From the NCBI GenBank assembly GCA_964016885.1, contig OZ024740.1, positions 379,688,001 through 379,752,000 on the forward strand: a DNA stretch of 64,000 nucleotides, written 5' to 3'. The notes beneath the pieces are model-generated. The model worked only from the letters and a program-made list of their open reading frames with translations. It had not been told where the DNA came from and ran no database searches. This stretch comes from Eledone cirrhosa. Lineage: Eukaryota. Made by a program: the position numbers and the translations under genes. Below are positions 12,870-27,838 of this stretch, one piece after another; within the stretch, counting starts at the first letter, position 1; each line of letters starts with the position of its first letter.

Positions 12870-14040
12870 TGCGGGGATTTATTATCCTCCTAGTATGTCA
12901 GCACTAAGAATGGGCTATGAAATATTTTGGGCTTTGGGTCAGCTTGGAAGCAATGTCTTTGGCTTGTATATTTAACCTATAGTTCCTTGGGTGGTTTAAC
13001 AATAGGGCCACAGGTTTTAACATGTTAAAAGAGGCTAGTGATAATACTAGCTGTCGGATGCCGGAGCAATCACGTACTTGAATGAGCAATTCAAGTGATA
13101 AAAACAAATCTATGGAACTATTGCTCTTAAACTGATCTTACAGAATGTTGGTTCCCCATCTATAGTATTACTGTTCCCCTCTGCTATTGTTAGATAGTCA
13201 TTGACTCTAAATTGGATTAATCTGTTCTTTTGATATGCTGGATTTCTAGCAAGCCCACTCACCATGACAGACTAGTGGCGATAGCAGTTTAGTACAAACA
13301 ACACAACTACATAAAAGTTTTCAGTTGTCTTGATATTATATCTCAGTGGTTGGCTTCAGCGACTCTTCCCCATCTCATCAGCAACATTATAACAGCCAGG
13401 CCAGACACATGCAAAATTATCGATTTCCCTTATTTTCTGTGAACACCATTCAACACATTACTCAATACACATTTATTTGCTCGTTCTCGATTCATATTTG
13501 AAAATGTTTGCAACTTAATTTAATTAAACTGATGTGTTACAAGGTAAAAAACTGGAGCAACCACTAACTAGAGTACAATGTCTAATCGTCACGTAGAAGT
13601 TGGCATCATTCTTGACCGGGAGTAGGAACTCAAACTTACACTCACTGTCTGAATTATTGTTAAATGTTAATTGGTTTTCACAATGTTTTTCATAGTTTCA
13701 ACTAGTCTGCAACTGTCAACAACAGCGAGACTTTGTTGAAAAAAAAATAAGCCTATTTTTCCGATTTTTTCATAATGTATTTTAAACAGTCACTACTAAT
13801 CATTAATTCCTACACTTAGTCAAATGGCTTTCAAGTCCAGATCGCAAATTTCTAACAACTTATAATAGCCACAATTATCAAATATCACCCGAGCACCATA
13901 TTAACATGGGATAGCTTTTCAAATCTCAATAATTAAATAGTCCCAAACGGGATTACATCTGAAACAACAATGTTTTGTGAATTGTTAATTCGTGATCACC
14001 CTAATAGTTGGGTATATTGGTATTTCATTTGATATATACA

Positions 14041-14215
14041 TAATTGTTTCTACTTTAGGCACAAGACCAGAAATTTGAAGGGTAGGGGAAAGTCGATTAA
14101 ATCGACCCACTAAGTAAGGATAAAAGGCAAAGCTAACTTCGGTGGGATTTGAATTCAGAACGTAAAGGGCCATAAAGCATTGTGTCCGACGCCCCACCGA
14201 CAGTGCCAATCCACT
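14041..14215 (-). mobile_element. SINE A variant
   Basis: Reverse-complement core with internal deletion. Confidence 0.8.
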
Positions 14216-15439
14216 ATCCTATATGATATATTCATAATACACACTATTCTTTTCCAGTTTGAATTTTACTCCAGTTCTTTTGGCTAAAAATCCTTCTCTG
14301 GGAACCAAGTGCTCCTCGTTTTAGAATCACTGTACTAACTGATGACCAACTTGACACATTTCAGGCCTTGTGTTTACATTAGAAATCATTACTAATGTGT
14401 TGCACTAACTCCGTTTCTTATTCTAAAATATCACAAGTGATTCTCCTTATATGAATATTTCGAGTTTACGCGGTGAACTGAGAAATTCTCTTTTCCTCGA
14501 TGTAATAGAGGAATTACCAAGCTAAAACTTTCGTTATTATATTTTTAAATTATTTTAAACGCAATAAACATTTGATGGAATTTAATAATATAACCAACTT
14601 CTCGTTATTTATCTGGTGTTCAGAACACAGCAAAAGCTCTTACATAGAATTATGTTGGAAGGTTTTAGATAGATATACATATTTTAAAACAAACGTTTGT
14701 AGCTTAGAAACAGGGGTGTTTCGTGCTGTTTGATATCAAAAAAGTTTTAAAAGCTTTGTAACATTCACGACAGCTGTTTAATATGTTTAATTTTCAATGT
14801 TGTTTTCAATGACAACAGCAATTGTAGCAGATAGTGATCAAGTATGATGTGTCTAGACCTGTTACTAATCAAGTTGTATGTAACTAAATTGTCTATGATG
14901 TTATATTTTTATTTCATACTGTTACATTGTTATTAATTAAAGATTGTAGTATGTCCCTAACGAATGGCCCTTTAACCCTTTAGCATTCACATTACTCTAT
15001 ATATACTATTATATTTTTGTGGTAAAGGTTTTAGCTTACATAATTATCTCACATAATATGGAATCTACGAGATCTTGATATTATTTATTTTGAGAACAAT
15101 TCCTCAACATCAGTATGAGTGGTCAGTTACGACTGATTTGAACAGAAAGAGGTGAGAGAATTCTGGCCGGTTTAAATGCTAAATTGATGTTGCCGTCGTG
15201 TACGTCGTTAGGGGCTTCCAACTACAATTGAGTGATGTCTGCTGAATTGTGCGTCAGTGCTCTTGCTTGATTTCAAAAGAACAATCATACAATAGTTATC
15301 GGTATCCTACTAGTATTGACTAGTGAGGGAGAAAAGTAGTTGGTGGGTGAGGCAATGTAGGGTATGAGTTACTTGGGAAGAGAGGTGTTTGTTGTGATAG
15401 GTGGTCGAAGGAATTACTGGCGTTGTATTGTGATTTAGA

Positions 15440-15757
15440 AGGTGCGTGACTTTGTGGTTAGGTTACTCAGCTCGCAATCGTAAAGTCGTGAGTTCGATTC
15501 CCGGCGGTGCGTTGTGTCCCTGAGCAAGACACTTTATTTCACGTTGTTCCAGTCCACTCAGCTGGCAAACACGAGTTATGCCTGTAATTTGAAAGGCTAG
15601 CCTTGTCACATTGTATGTCACGCTGTATCACCCCGAGAACTACGTTAAAGGTACGTGTTTGTGGAATGCTCAGCCACTTGCACGTTAATTTCACGGGCAG
15701 GAGGTTCCGTTGATTGTATCAACAGGAATACTCGTCGTCGTAACCGACGGAGTGCCA
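15440..15757 (+). mobile_element. tRNA-derived SINE family B
   Basis: tRNA-like head (gtggttagg..gagttcgattcc), tgtgtccctgagcaagacactt, conserved tail also at 4230-4390; head also at 35175-35282 (-). Confidence 0.8.
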
Positions 15758-16754
15758 CTAGTGTGATTTAACCAGCGGTGGACACAGTTTCACAGTTACA
15801 GAACTGCACATAAAGAAACATATTAGCACATTTCCGATCATATTTAGAAAAATCACATTCCATTAATTTACAATTGACCGTTAAAACAGATGCACTCTGA
15901 CGTTCTTGAAGTGTGTAAACCTGTTGGAGGGTATAGAATTGTGTTTGTATGCTATATACGTTTTACATTGTCGTTTCTGTAGTAGTTTTAGTATTTTATG
16001 TATGCTTGTTGTATTTTAGTGACTTCTGTGAGTTGTTAGTGTTACATTGTCAAGTGTAGATTAGTAAGAGAAGTTGCGTTATTTTATAGAGTATTATTTG
16101 TGTCAGACCTGTCAACTCTCCCCGCCCGATGGGGAGATCTCCCACCTACTTTGGGGTGAGTGAGAGATGACTTTTCTTGTGAAAATTGGTATAGCTTTCA
16201 TTATGTAAAATCTCCCCATTTTGCCTCATTTCTCTCCGTTTGGACGCACTTTTTTTCATGGTACTTATTTTCATGGTTTCAGCCGCACTATTGAATTAAA
16301 AGTATCTTAATGATTCCTAATTTGCTAACTTCTGGACTGCTCTAATTATGTTGGAGCGCATTTTGTTATCATGTTCCACATTATTATTTCAATTTCAGAT
16401 CTTCGTAATTTGACAGCTTTTCCATTTCCATCTGACAAATCTTTTGGTCATAAGGGATCGAAATGTCTATCAGAGTCTAGTTATTCTGTGCTAGTGATAA
16501 TTATATCTCGATACTTTGTCTTGATTTTCTAATTAGTCTGGACAGATAGAGTTCAGATCATTGTAAACAGGCTGTTGTTATACATTATGTTTGGTATATA
16601 TATTACTTCTTTTCTGTTTTTATGTCGAATTGTCTGCAAATATACTTCAACTTTACAACGAATATATGTATGGAGTCGTTGAGGTGCCGTAGTGACATAC
16701 AGCGTTTCTTGGGAATTTTAAATCTGTGTGAACACAGCCAATTTCTTCCAGAGA

Positions 16755-16790
<36 letters not shown>

Positions 16791-17092
16791 CGACTTCAGT
16801 TAGATGAAAAGATGCAAGACCTCTAAAAGATGAAAGGGAACAGCGGGATTTGAACACAGAGCACAGAGAACTGGAAGAAATACCACAAAGCATTCTACTC
16901 GACCTTCTAACGACTCTGCCAATTCAGCGCACGATAAGGAAAGAGCAACCGGAAATACGAGAGTGATTTGAGGAGTATTTCGCTATTATTTGTATCAAGT
17001 GAAGCGACCATGGAGAGGTATCCTTTATGTTGGTTCATTACGTCTTCAATTTATAAGTTTGGCAAAATCTAATGAGTTAACTTTTATGTACT

Positions 17093-17275
17093 ATCGGTAG
17101 AGTGTCGGACAATATCCTTTGCGGCATCGAGTTATGGCCCTATACGTTCTGAGTTCAAATCCCGCCGAGGTTAGTCTTGCCTTTCATCCTTACGGGATTG
17201 ATAAAATAAAGTACCAGTAATGCACTGGGGTCGATTTAATCCACAAAATTGTTGGCCTTATGCCTAAATCAAGAA
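17093..17275 (+). mobile_element. SINE A
   Basis: Core match. Confidence 0.88.
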
Positions 17276-17353
17276 CCGCTGTTTTGTGTTTAGTATTGAA
17301 AATATTACCTATCACTTCAAATGAAATATGTGTGGCATAACATATGCTCACGA

Positions 17354-17394
<41 letters not shown>

Positions 17395-18881
17395 GTGTGT
17401 GTGTAAATGATTTCTAGTGTTTAGATCTGTCACATTTTTCTTGTGAATTTACTTTTTTTCTGGGTGATGTACTTAACATTATAGAATTTATCTCATTTCA
17501 TATGTTAAGGAATAACTTAAATACCTGGAAGCGTTCTAATCTATTGCTTCAAGCTTATATTGATATTTCGGTAAATTCTTATTCTTTGTTTTAAAGATCA
17601 GTACATGTTTATTCTAACTACATGCTACTAATATTATATATTTTGTCATAATTATGAAGGTGGAATGGAAGTAAAAGTCAACTTCAACAGCGAGAGTTGA
17701 ACTTAGCTCAATGCATACATACATTTCTATGTACTATAAGTATGTTGAAACAGCTGATAACTCTCAGTCATACTATTTTCTTAGAATAAACTCGACTTTA
17801 TCTTTTGAGGTTTGATCACAGTCCATCTTTTATAGTTTTATTAACTAAAGCGATTGTTCGTATTTTATCTATTTTCATATATTGCAATGCCTTTACTTGT
17901 TCATTATGCTTGTTAATTTAACGAATTGTTTATAAATTGTCACTGTTTTTTAACACATGAAAATCAGAGAAACATTACAAGAAATATAATGTTTCATAGA
18001 ACTCTTCTTTCTACTGTTGGAATTAGGTAATGAAGTTAATAACGTTGGAACGCGGCAAGACGTATCTAGTAAATTCTGACGAGCTGAATATGATTAAGTA
18101 ACGGCCGTAGAAGGAGTGAAGAGAAGACACTATATATCAATGAGCCAGCAGTGTTAAATGTAATGGTTTTATATCCTTAATGATTCCTAATTTGTTAACT
18201 ATTTTGGATTTATGTAATGCTTATGAGAACAATAGAAACGTATAGATGGTGACTAGGGAGGTGTGTTGTAGGTATTAGTCTTGTAGAATATATGTTGTGT
18301 AAGTTGCGTGTGCGTTAATGTTCTCTCTCTTTCACTCATTGCCTCCGTCTTTCTCGCTCACCCCATCTCACTATTATATGCAAATGAGAGCCCACGGGCC
18401 GGCCGCTCCGTGATCCTAGCGGACAGAAACCCCTTTGAAGATAGTTTTGCCAATATTAAAGATAGAATGATTCCAAGAGATATTCATTTGCGACTGAGAG
18501 GAAGTGTAATGTTTAATATCTGTTTAATATTTGTGAAACAGTGACAGAAAAAATAAGATTCTAAATCTGTGAATAGTGTGAATAGTATGGTCTTTGGCTT
18601 TTAATAAGACACAGGCAGAAGGAAGATATGGACGTTGTAAATCCTATTTAGAGTTTCTTACTTACCATTAGGCGACTAAATGGCAGATCCGTTAAGGCAT
18701 TCAATAGACTGCTTTGCGGTATTCACTCCGGCTTTCTGCACTCTGAGTTCCAATCTTGTTGATGCCAACTTTTCTCATTTCGCAATCGATAAATAAAGTA
18801 CTAGTCCAACATCGGAATCGTTTCTTTTTTTCTTTCGCTTTCCCTTTTTCGCTCCGCCTCTTTCCCTCTCTCTTCAACCAT

Positions 18882-19006
<125 letters not shown>

Positions 19007-19492
19007 GTGGAAGAAATCGACTGTAGTCAAATCTGGAGAGGGATTGGTGATGCCAGGTTTAACATGTCATAATGGCGCCCCTATAATTCCATTGAACGTA
19101 TAGGGTCAGTGATCAGTGAAACATCGCCACTTTATGCTTGTCTTTGATATACGGAACACCATGGAATAGTGTTTTCAGCAACTTAAGGCAAAGGGTCTGA
19201 CCATGATTTCGATTTTCAATTGGAAATATTTAATATTTTATATCTCACTAGTTATTTCGAGAAAAGCATTATCATCACAACCTCTTATTTCCTCCCTTTC
19301 AAAATCAGTTTTTCTAGAGTACAATTATTTTGGATGATGCTAAACAAGTTTGGCGACCAAATTTCCTTATCCAGTCAGAACGTTTTTTTTAGCTCGAATG
19401 TCTCTATAGATTAGTTAGAATGCCGTATAATCTAATTTCCCTTCCATAAATCAGAGGGTGTGTGTTTAGTAGTTATTATTGGGTTGGTCACC

Positions 19493-19900
19493 AGGGCAGT
19501 GGATTGGCAGTATATGTAGAGAGTCGTACACCATGCTTTGCAGCATAGAGTTACGGCCCTTTAGGGTCTGAGTTCAAATCCCACCGAGGTTAACTTTTCC
19601 TTTCATCCTTACGGGGTCGATAAAATAAAGCACCAGTAACGTACTGGGATCGATTTAATCGACTTTACCCTTCCCCATATTACTGGCCTTGTGCTCACAT
19701 TAGAAACCATTATTGTTGTGAATTGACAGTATCGGTAGAGGCTCAGACATGCTTTCCAGCATAGTTACGTCCCTTTATGATCTGAGTTCAAATCCCGCCG
19801 AGGTTAACTTTGCCTTTCATCCATACGGGGTCGATAAAATAAAGTACCAGTAATGTACTGGGTAATTGCTGGCCTTGTGCCAAAAGTAGAAACAATTATT
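19493..19900 (+). mobile_element. Two tandem SINE A copies
   Basis: Core matches at about 19493-19712 and 19718-19900. Confidence 0.9.
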
Positions 19901-20496
19901 GTTAATATTACCGTCATCACCGTCGTCCTCAGCATCATCATCATCATCATCATCACCATCATTAACAATAACAACAACTTGTTTTCGACAGCTTCATACA
20001 AGTCTATTGCAGCTCTGTCTGAACTGGGTATTTGCTCTGTTGATGAAGAAGAAAAAAGAAAGGGAGAAGAAATTCTCATAAAGGTTGTGCACACCTGTTT
20101 TTGTTTACCGTAATGAATGACGTATTGTACGTGATTTGCCTTGTACTATTTTCTGTATATTGTGGTTTCCATTATGTATTTGTCTGCAACATTTATTTAT
20201 TTTTTGTAATTCACAAGGTAATCATTATTATGGGAATTGTTTGACGTCAGAAAAAATATAATTAGCGGTATATATTACGGTTTTTAAAAGTTTAATTTCA
20301 AATGACGTCAAGATCAATTTTGGTTTCCATCCTTCCGAGTCAATAAAATAAAATACCAGTCAAATACTAGGGTCAGTTTATTCGACTTCACCTACTTACC
20401 AAATTGCTGGCCTTGTGTCTAAACCTTTTTGTTTATGAAAATCTTTACTAAAAAGAAATTTCAAATAAATTATATAATATTTAAAATAATAATTAA

Positions 20497-20676
20497 ATAA
20501 TTGTTTCTACTTTAGGCACAAGGCCAGCAATTATCCAGTGCATTACTGGTACTTTATTTTATCGACCCCGTAAGGATGAAAGGCAAAGTCAACCTCGGCG
20601 GGATTTGAACTTAGATCGTAAAGGGACGTAACTATGCTGGAAAGCATGGCGTCCGACCCTCTACCGATACTGCCAA
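20497..20676 (-). mobile_element. SINE A with TSD
   Basis: Near-identical to the 4621 copy; ataattaaataat on both sides. Confidence 0.92.
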
Positions 20677-21149
20677 TACAATAATAATTAAATAATGAAA
20701 GTTGGGAAAGGGGAAGGAGTGGCAGGCTCGACAACCATGTCTTGGTGGTTTAACTGACAAGGTGGTGAAAGTATAGCCCTGGAGAACAGAGAGTGGCATC
20801 CGCTGCATCAGCCACTCCACTACATAGGGCTCCTTCTTTGGTCGAGATGCACTCCTCCCAATTTTTCGGAGGAAAACGATAGTTCGGGGAGCGAGGACAC
20901 CAGGTTTCTCGATGGGTGACAAACACGAAAAGGAAATTAGAAACCATTACGGGGATTTCTTTTTTTTTCAATCCCTACATTTTCAAAGATTTAATGTCGT
21001 CTGTTAGAATTCATACATTGATTAGGAAACACATTTTATTTCCTGATTGATTTTGACAGTAATATATGGTCGGAAAAACTATCTAAATATAAACATTTGG
21101 AAATAGCTATAACGAGAATGTGATGATTGAAAATAGAAACATCATTGGT

Positions 21150-22040
21150 TTCTATTTTAGGCACAATGCCATCGATTTGTGAACAGGGAGAAGTCGATTA
21201 TATGCTAACCAGTAGTTGTCTGGTATTTTATTTTATCGAAAAGATGAAAGACAAAGTCGACTTCTGTGGGATTTGAACTCAGAACGTATACAACTGCAAC
21301 AAGCATTTATCAAATGCATTTATCCACAAAGAAATTATCCAACGTTCTAACGATTCTACCAGACCCTCACTGAAGGAGCACTCTCTATAATAATAAATGC
21401 TTTAGGAATGTTTCAAAGGTGTCAAAAAATAAAACTTTGCCTTTCATCCTTTCGGGGTCGATAAACAAAGAGCCAAACGTGATGCTTTGGAGTATCTGTT
21501 CCGGCCTTGAGCGTTGTGAGTTCAAATCCCACCCTCTGCCACCGGAATACTGGTAACGATTCTGCCTGGAGTTCGGACCGATAGATAATATCAGCAACTT
21601 AATTTCCTTGGTCTGACGATCAGCTCCTTTCTTTTGTTCCATATTGCTATATTGCTTGCCAATGTAAATAATTGTTTCTACTTTTGGCACAAGGCCAGCA
21701 ATTACGCAGTACATTACTGGTACTTTATTTTATTGACCTCGTAAGGATGAAAGGCAAAGTTAACCTCGGCGGGATTTGAACTCAGAATGATAAGGGCCGT
21801 AACTCTATGCGTCAAAGCATGGCGTCCGACCCTCTACCGATACTGCCAATCCACCGCCCTTGTAAATAATGATTTCTAATTTAGGTACAGGCCAACAATT
21901 TGGGTGGAGTAGAAATTCGATTACACCGAACCAAGTACTTAACTGGTTTTTTCAACTTCGGAAATATGAAAGTCGAAGTTGACTTTAGCAGGATTTGAAC
22001 TCTATACTAACGTTATACTAACTCTGCCAATGCACCGCCC
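21150..22040 (-). mobile_element. Cluster of SINE A copies of different ages (best copy 21668-21860)
   Basis: Repeated core matches; tgtaaataat flanks the best copy on both sides. Confidence 0.8.
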
Positions 22041-22441
22041 TTGACACTGTAAATATTGAGATAAGACACTTAACTCTCAAAGCTTGTCTCAGTTTAAAAA
22101 TGATTGGTATAGACGCGAATATGGGCTTGGGCGAAATTGATCTCTGTAAATTTGCTTCAGCGTTTCATTATTTTGATTTGGCGCTGTATTAGTCTCACTT
22201 AATGAGTTGTTGAACTTAAGAGGATATGGATGTCACAATTATCCACTCCACAGCTTTCATAGGAAGTGAAATCGATAATAGTAGAGTAGTTACGTCTCTT
22301 ACTGTTGTGAGATGGAATTTTGCCAAGGTAGAGACCACCGAAAAGAGAAAAAGCGCGAGTGGGAAACAGACAAAAGGATATATATATATATATATAAAGA
22401 GAGAGAGAGAGAGAGAGAGGGGGAGGGGAGGATGTGAAGAG

Positions 22442-22800
22442 AAAGGAAAAAGAACCAAAGAGAGAAAGAGGGATGGTGATAGGAGAGAGAGAGAGGGGGT
22501 TGTAAAGAGAAAGGGAAAAAGAACCAAAGATGAACAGAGAGAGAGAGAGGGTATGAGAGGGATGGTGATAGGAGAGAGAGAGAGGGGGTTGTAAAGAGAA
22601 AGGGAAAAAGAACCAAAGATGAACAGAGAGAGAGAGAGGGTATGAGAGGGATGGTGATAGGAGAGAGAGAGAGGGGGTTGTAAAGAGAAAGGGAAAAAGA
22701 ACCAAAGATGAACAGAGAGAGAGGGTATGAGAGGGATGGTGATAGGAGAGAGAGATGGTGAAAGAGGAGAGAGGGTGTAAAGAGAAAAGGAAAGAGAGCC
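22442..22800. repeat. Purine-rich minisatellite, about 90-bp unit, about 4 copies
   Basis: Unit aaagggaaaaagaaccaaagatgaac(ag)n ggtatgagagggatggtgatagg(ag)n ggggttgtaaagag. Confidence 0.9.
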
Positions 22801-23454
22801 AAAGATAAAAAGAGAGATAGAGAGAGGGCTGGTGAGAGAGATTGGCGAGAGATAAAGGGAGAGCGAGAGAGAGAGGTGGTTGGAGAAATAGAAAGAGAAA
22901 GACAGTGAAATATAAACTTTACCTGACAATGAATAGGTATAGAATATTCTCTAGACTTTTCCCAGCGTCCTGAAATGGTTAACGGGCAATAAAGAAAAGT
23001 AAGATGAAGGTGAGAAGAATGGAGGAAGGTAAGATAAAACAAAGAACGGAAGAGGCAGAAATTCTTCTAAAGCTTACTCACACCACTTGAAATATTACAA
23101 TTGTGTTCCCTTTTTATCAAAATAAACTGTTTATTTCTTATTCCTCCGTCGGATATTCTTCAGTTTCATTTCATTTCCCCATTACTATCTCTTACCAGCC
23201 ACAAATAAATTGTAAATTTTCAAAAGAAAATGGAAAACAATACCAACAGATATAAATAAATAAATCAACGATAAAAAAAAAAAACTGAAATTCGTTTTAA
23301 GTCCATCTTCCTGATTTCCTATTAACTACAACATTCCAGGTCGATAACTCGCGGCGAATCTGCCAAACACGGAAATATTTTTGGCACCTCTTAAAAATGT
23401 TTATATCTTTCCCTAACATCTAAAAACGTAGTAGCAATGCAAAAAAACACCCTA

Positions 23455-23494
23455 ACACACACGCACGCACACACGCACGCACACACACACACAC

Positions 23495-23558
<64 letters not shown>

Positions 23559-23560
23559 TC
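23455..23560. repeat. (CA)n microsatellite
   Basis: Direct reading. Confidence 0.95.
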
Positions 23561-24864
23561 ACACATATATTGCGCAAAACGCACCACACACTGGCACACA
23601 CATCCTTCACGAACTGATGTGTCGCAAACATAAAATAAGAAAAGGTACTTGTTAAAAATCATGTTTTGTTTTTAGTATTTGTTTGTAAAACATTTGGCAG
23701 TGATAAGTCTACAGAATTATGGCACCGTTGAGTCTGATGAGAGAAGGATAATAATCATGATGTACTAAATGAATTTCGTATTTACTAAACACCTTTAGTG
23801 GAAAAAAACAACAAAAAACTATTACCGAAAGTTTACTTAGTGCATCAAAAGGCTTGAACTCCGTTTACTAAAGGTGAGCTTCTGACGAGACAAATATTTG
23901 ACTATTTCGCTTTTAACTTTATTTCTCGAGTGTAAAAATGTTCATTTCACTAAAGCTGATAAAGATGGTGGGTGGTGAATTGGAAGATTCATTAGAAACG
24001 TCGAATAGAATGCTTTGTTTTATTGGTTCCGGCTCTCTAGGTTCTCTGAGCTCAAATCCCACTGTGGTCAACCTTGCCTTTCATTCTTTCGAGGTCGATA
24101 AAAAAAGTACCAGTTCAGTACTGGGTTTATTCTTCCTCTCTATCTCTTTCTGTTTTCCTTTCTATCACTCTCCCCTTCTTTGGAAGAAGTCAGCTGTGTT
24201 TAGACATGGGAGAAAGATGGGGTCCTCTAGGTTTAAACTACCCAAGAAACGCCGTATGTCACGGGCGCCCCAACGAATTCACTAATAGATATGGCAAGAA
24301 GAAGAAGAAGAAGAAGGTGGTGGATTAGCAGAATTGTTATAGGTGGCAAATATTGGGACATCGGATAGAATGTTTTGTTGTATTAATTTCTGATTTTTGT
24401 ACTTTGAGTTCAAATCTAGCCAAAGCCAACTTCACCTTTAATCATTTTAGGGTTGATAAATAAAGTACTAGTCAAAGATTGCGGTCGATATCTCTTCGTC
24501 TCGTTCTTGAAATCAAGTGGATTTCCTTCTTTCAAAATGGGTGAGAATTACCGTATTTAAGAATTTGAAGTCAACATATCTGCAGTTATTACTCTTATAT
24601 TTGGAAACAGAGGCTAACAAATGCATAAATCAAAACACACCGCTAATTTCCTCGTCACCGTCGTCGTCATCGTTGTATTGTTTAACACAAGGTCAAACCT
24701 GATCGATCAGACATTCTAGTCATGACTATCCTGCACTTTTAAGGGCGTGTAGAAATACGTTATTCATCATGTCCATTTCTTATTCAAGATAACCGGGTAA
24801 CTAGAGAGATTTGGCTGCTGTTTCTCGTGGATTGAGTATCTATGTAACAGCTTCATTATTAGTT

Positions 24865-25050
24865 TGGATTGGCAGTATCAGTAGAAGGTCGGACGCCATA
24901 CTTTGACGCATAGAGTTACGGCCCTTTCCATTCTGAGTTCAAATCCCGCCGAGGTTAACTTTGCCTTTCATCCTTACGGGGTCGATAAAATAAAGTACCA
25001 GTAATGCACTGGGTATTTGTTGGCCCTGTGCCAAAAGTAGAAACAATTAT
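24865..25050 (+). mobile_element. SINE A with TSD attattagttt
   Basis: Full core match; older copies at about 23970-24125 and 24315-24490. Confidence 0.9.
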
Positions 25051-25401
25051 TAGTTTTCATGTTTGTTGTTTTGTTAGGTGAACTTTGGTTTATCCCATAT
25101 TAAACAAATCCAGATGCAGAGTTCGATAATTGTTTTTCATTTGGGATAGACTTGTATTTCTTTGCATATTTTCCTATTTTCATTTCTTGTAGAATGTGTA
25201 TATAGGTGGGGTGGAATGGGGGGAAGTCATATTTTCTATTTACCCCCTGGATATGTTTACTATCACAATATTATATTCCTCATACACTGGAGGAAATTTG
25301 AATGATTAAGACAGAGAAACAAAGGGAAGGGGAGATTTCACTCTTTCACTGCGAACACTGAAATGTTGCCAATCTTTCGGAACATAAGGTCAAACCTGAT
25401 C

Positions 25402-25572
25402 GGTTATCATATGTTTTGCAAATATGCCTGGTTCTGTAACTCCTGAGGGTGTCGTAGGGGCACATTTCGTAACATTTTGTAACATTTCGTAACATTTTGA
25501 GACAATAGGGTTGTGATTTGAGGGGAAACTTAGCTACCATTCCCAGAGGTAAAGCAACCAGGTAAAGGATCT
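25402..25572 (+). repeat. 171-bp direct repeat, copy 1 (copy 2 at 26718-26888)
   Basis: Three mismatches seen between the copies; internal (acattt[ct]gta)n repeat. Confidence 0.92.
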
Positions 25573-25764
25573 TGTTGCTATTTCAGTTATTACGTTCACT
25601 CATCCTATTTATTCTCGCTTCTGCTTTCAAAATTCAGGGGTCACTGCTTATCTTTTTGTTTATAACCTGCCAGTCTAACTATTACATGACTTGCCTGTAT
25701 CTTACCACAAACATAGTTGAAGGAAAACTGTTTAAGCAGCAGATGATATCCCTAATTTAGGGCT

Positions 25765-25932
25765 AAGAGGGTTGGACGCCATGCTTTCTAGCATAGTCAC
25801 GCCCCTTTACGGTCTGCGCTTCAAATCCCGTCGAGGTTAACTTTGCTTTTCATTCTTACGGGGTCGATAAAATAAAGTACCAGTAATGTACTGAGTCATT
25901 GCTGGCCTTGTGCCAAAAGTAGAAACACTTAT
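25765..25932 (+). mobile_element. SINE A
   Basis: Core match. Confidence 0.88.
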
Positions 25933-26717
25933 TAGTGCTCAGGAGGCCTCTCTGCTTGCTCTTTACTACTACCGATGGTATACATTTTCTCCCATTCTAT
26001 CATGACAAGATTGGTGCAATATCTTTAAAGAAATAAAAAAAAAACCTTTGACTCAACTGTCATTTTTATTGTATTTATTAGTGGTTTTACTCTATTGTAC
26101 TCTCGTCTTTCTAGTGGAAACTTATTCAGCTAGAAGTCAGTTTGAATGAAACAAGCATATAATCAAAGGCAATCAAGCCTAATTATGTTATTTTCATTTA
26201 ATCATTTATTTTCTTATTTTCGTGAATAATGTACACCAGACTATATCATGCAAGCTGTATATGTTAAGACAACAGTGTTGTTCGACAGACATTTGGTTTC
26301 TATTTCTAGCAGGTAAAATAAATACGAAGCCCTTTACAAGGTCGCTCGACCTACTAGAAACACTCCTTAAATAACATCCATTGTTTATCTAGTTTTTTTC
26401 AGTTACTGTTGCTTTTAGAAGAATTTATGGTCACTTTAGTTTTTTGTTCTTCCCTTGCTCTCGGTGTTATTGCTAACCCGAGCCAGTCACGACCACCCGG
26501 CTTAAAAAAAAGGAAAAATAAGCAGTCACCATTGGATAATATAGTGTCTGAAAAGAAAAAGATGAGATGATTATGCCTATATTTTGATAATGGATTTGTT
26601 CAGTCAGGACCGACATGGGTTTAAATAACAATAATTATAACAACAACGATCCTTCATTGGCTTATTGATGACACCATTCTTACAGTTATTGTTAAGCTAT
26701 GTTCCGAAAGTAAGAAT

Positions 26718-26888
26718 GGTTATCATATGTTTTGCAAACATGCCTGATTCTGTAACTCCTGAGGGTGTCGTAGGGGCACATTTCGTAACATTTTGTAACA
26801 TTTCGTAACATTTTGAGACAATAGGGTTGTGATTTGAGGGGAAACTTAGCTACCATTCCCAGAGGTAAGGCAACCAGGTAAAGGATCT
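26718..26888 (+). repeat. 171-bp direct repeat, copy 2
   Basis: Matches 25402-25572. Confidence 0.92.
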
Positions 26889-27475
26889 CTCGTTAGCTCG
26901 TTGTTGTTGTTTATGTCGTTACTGCTGTTTGCCAAAGTTGTTAACACTGCTGCAGTTGGTGCTGATGGTGGAGTTCTTACTGCTGTAGTCACTGTTTATG
27001 CTGCTGCATTTGTTGATGATCATGTTATTGTTATTGCTGTTGCTGCTATCACCACCCCTACTGCTGCTACTGTTGTTGTTATTGTGTTTAACAGATTGAG
27101 CACAGTGAATATTGTAGTTCGTGATATACTCAATGAAACAGAAACAAAACAAAAAACAGGCGATATCTTCATGACTTGAATGGCGTTGATCAAACAGAGA
27201 TATGATCAAAGACTCTCTAGTTGTGGCTCTTCCGGAGTTTTTTTTTCAAACAGAATATCTAGAACTACAATATCCACTGAATCCTCCTTTTTTAAGACGG
27301 TTTGATATGATTTGAGATAGATTCGACTGCTATTGCTACTACGTGGCACGACCATATAGAGGCGCTCTTATTAATTTTCTGTTATTGTTTTTGATACATA
27401 CTTCGTGTTGTTGCCACTCTTGTATCTTGTGATAAATATGTAATACGAATTCGTTAGCAACCATTCTGCTTTCAG

Positions 27476-27838
27476 TTCTTCTTGTCGTGTCCACAAGATT
27501 GTCAGTTGCAAAGCCGGGCTAGATGTGGTTCCGCCACAGATGAACACATTGCTGTCCTTTCTCATTAATCTCTGCCAAGTCCAATGCTGTGCAGAGGGTG
27601 TTCCAGCAGGGGGGGGGGGGCATATCAGGAGGTGCTGAGTAGTCTCTGGTTCCATGCCGCAGTCACAAACAACGTCCCCATCCTTTAAATATCCCCATTT
27701 TGCATTTTGCAAGAGTGACTTTTGCACGTCCAACACCAGATCATAGTCTGTTTAGGCATTTCCACACTGCATAGTTTGTATCTGCTCCAGGGGGCAGTGC
27801 CTCTCTCGCCTTTAGCTCCATTGTTGTTACTGGTGAGA
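27476..27838 (-). mobile_element. Non-LTR retrotransposon 3' end (Vingi/Ingi-like CCHC region)
   Basis: WKCLNRL..KWGYL..VCDCGMEPETTQHLLIC, then a short 3' UTR ending ggacacgacaagaagaa. Clade assignment is from memory of the motif. Confidence 0.7.

Noticed and set aside
22442-22800. Repeat array as possible CRISPR
   Set aside because: Tandem units without unique spacers, eukaryotic context, no cas genes.
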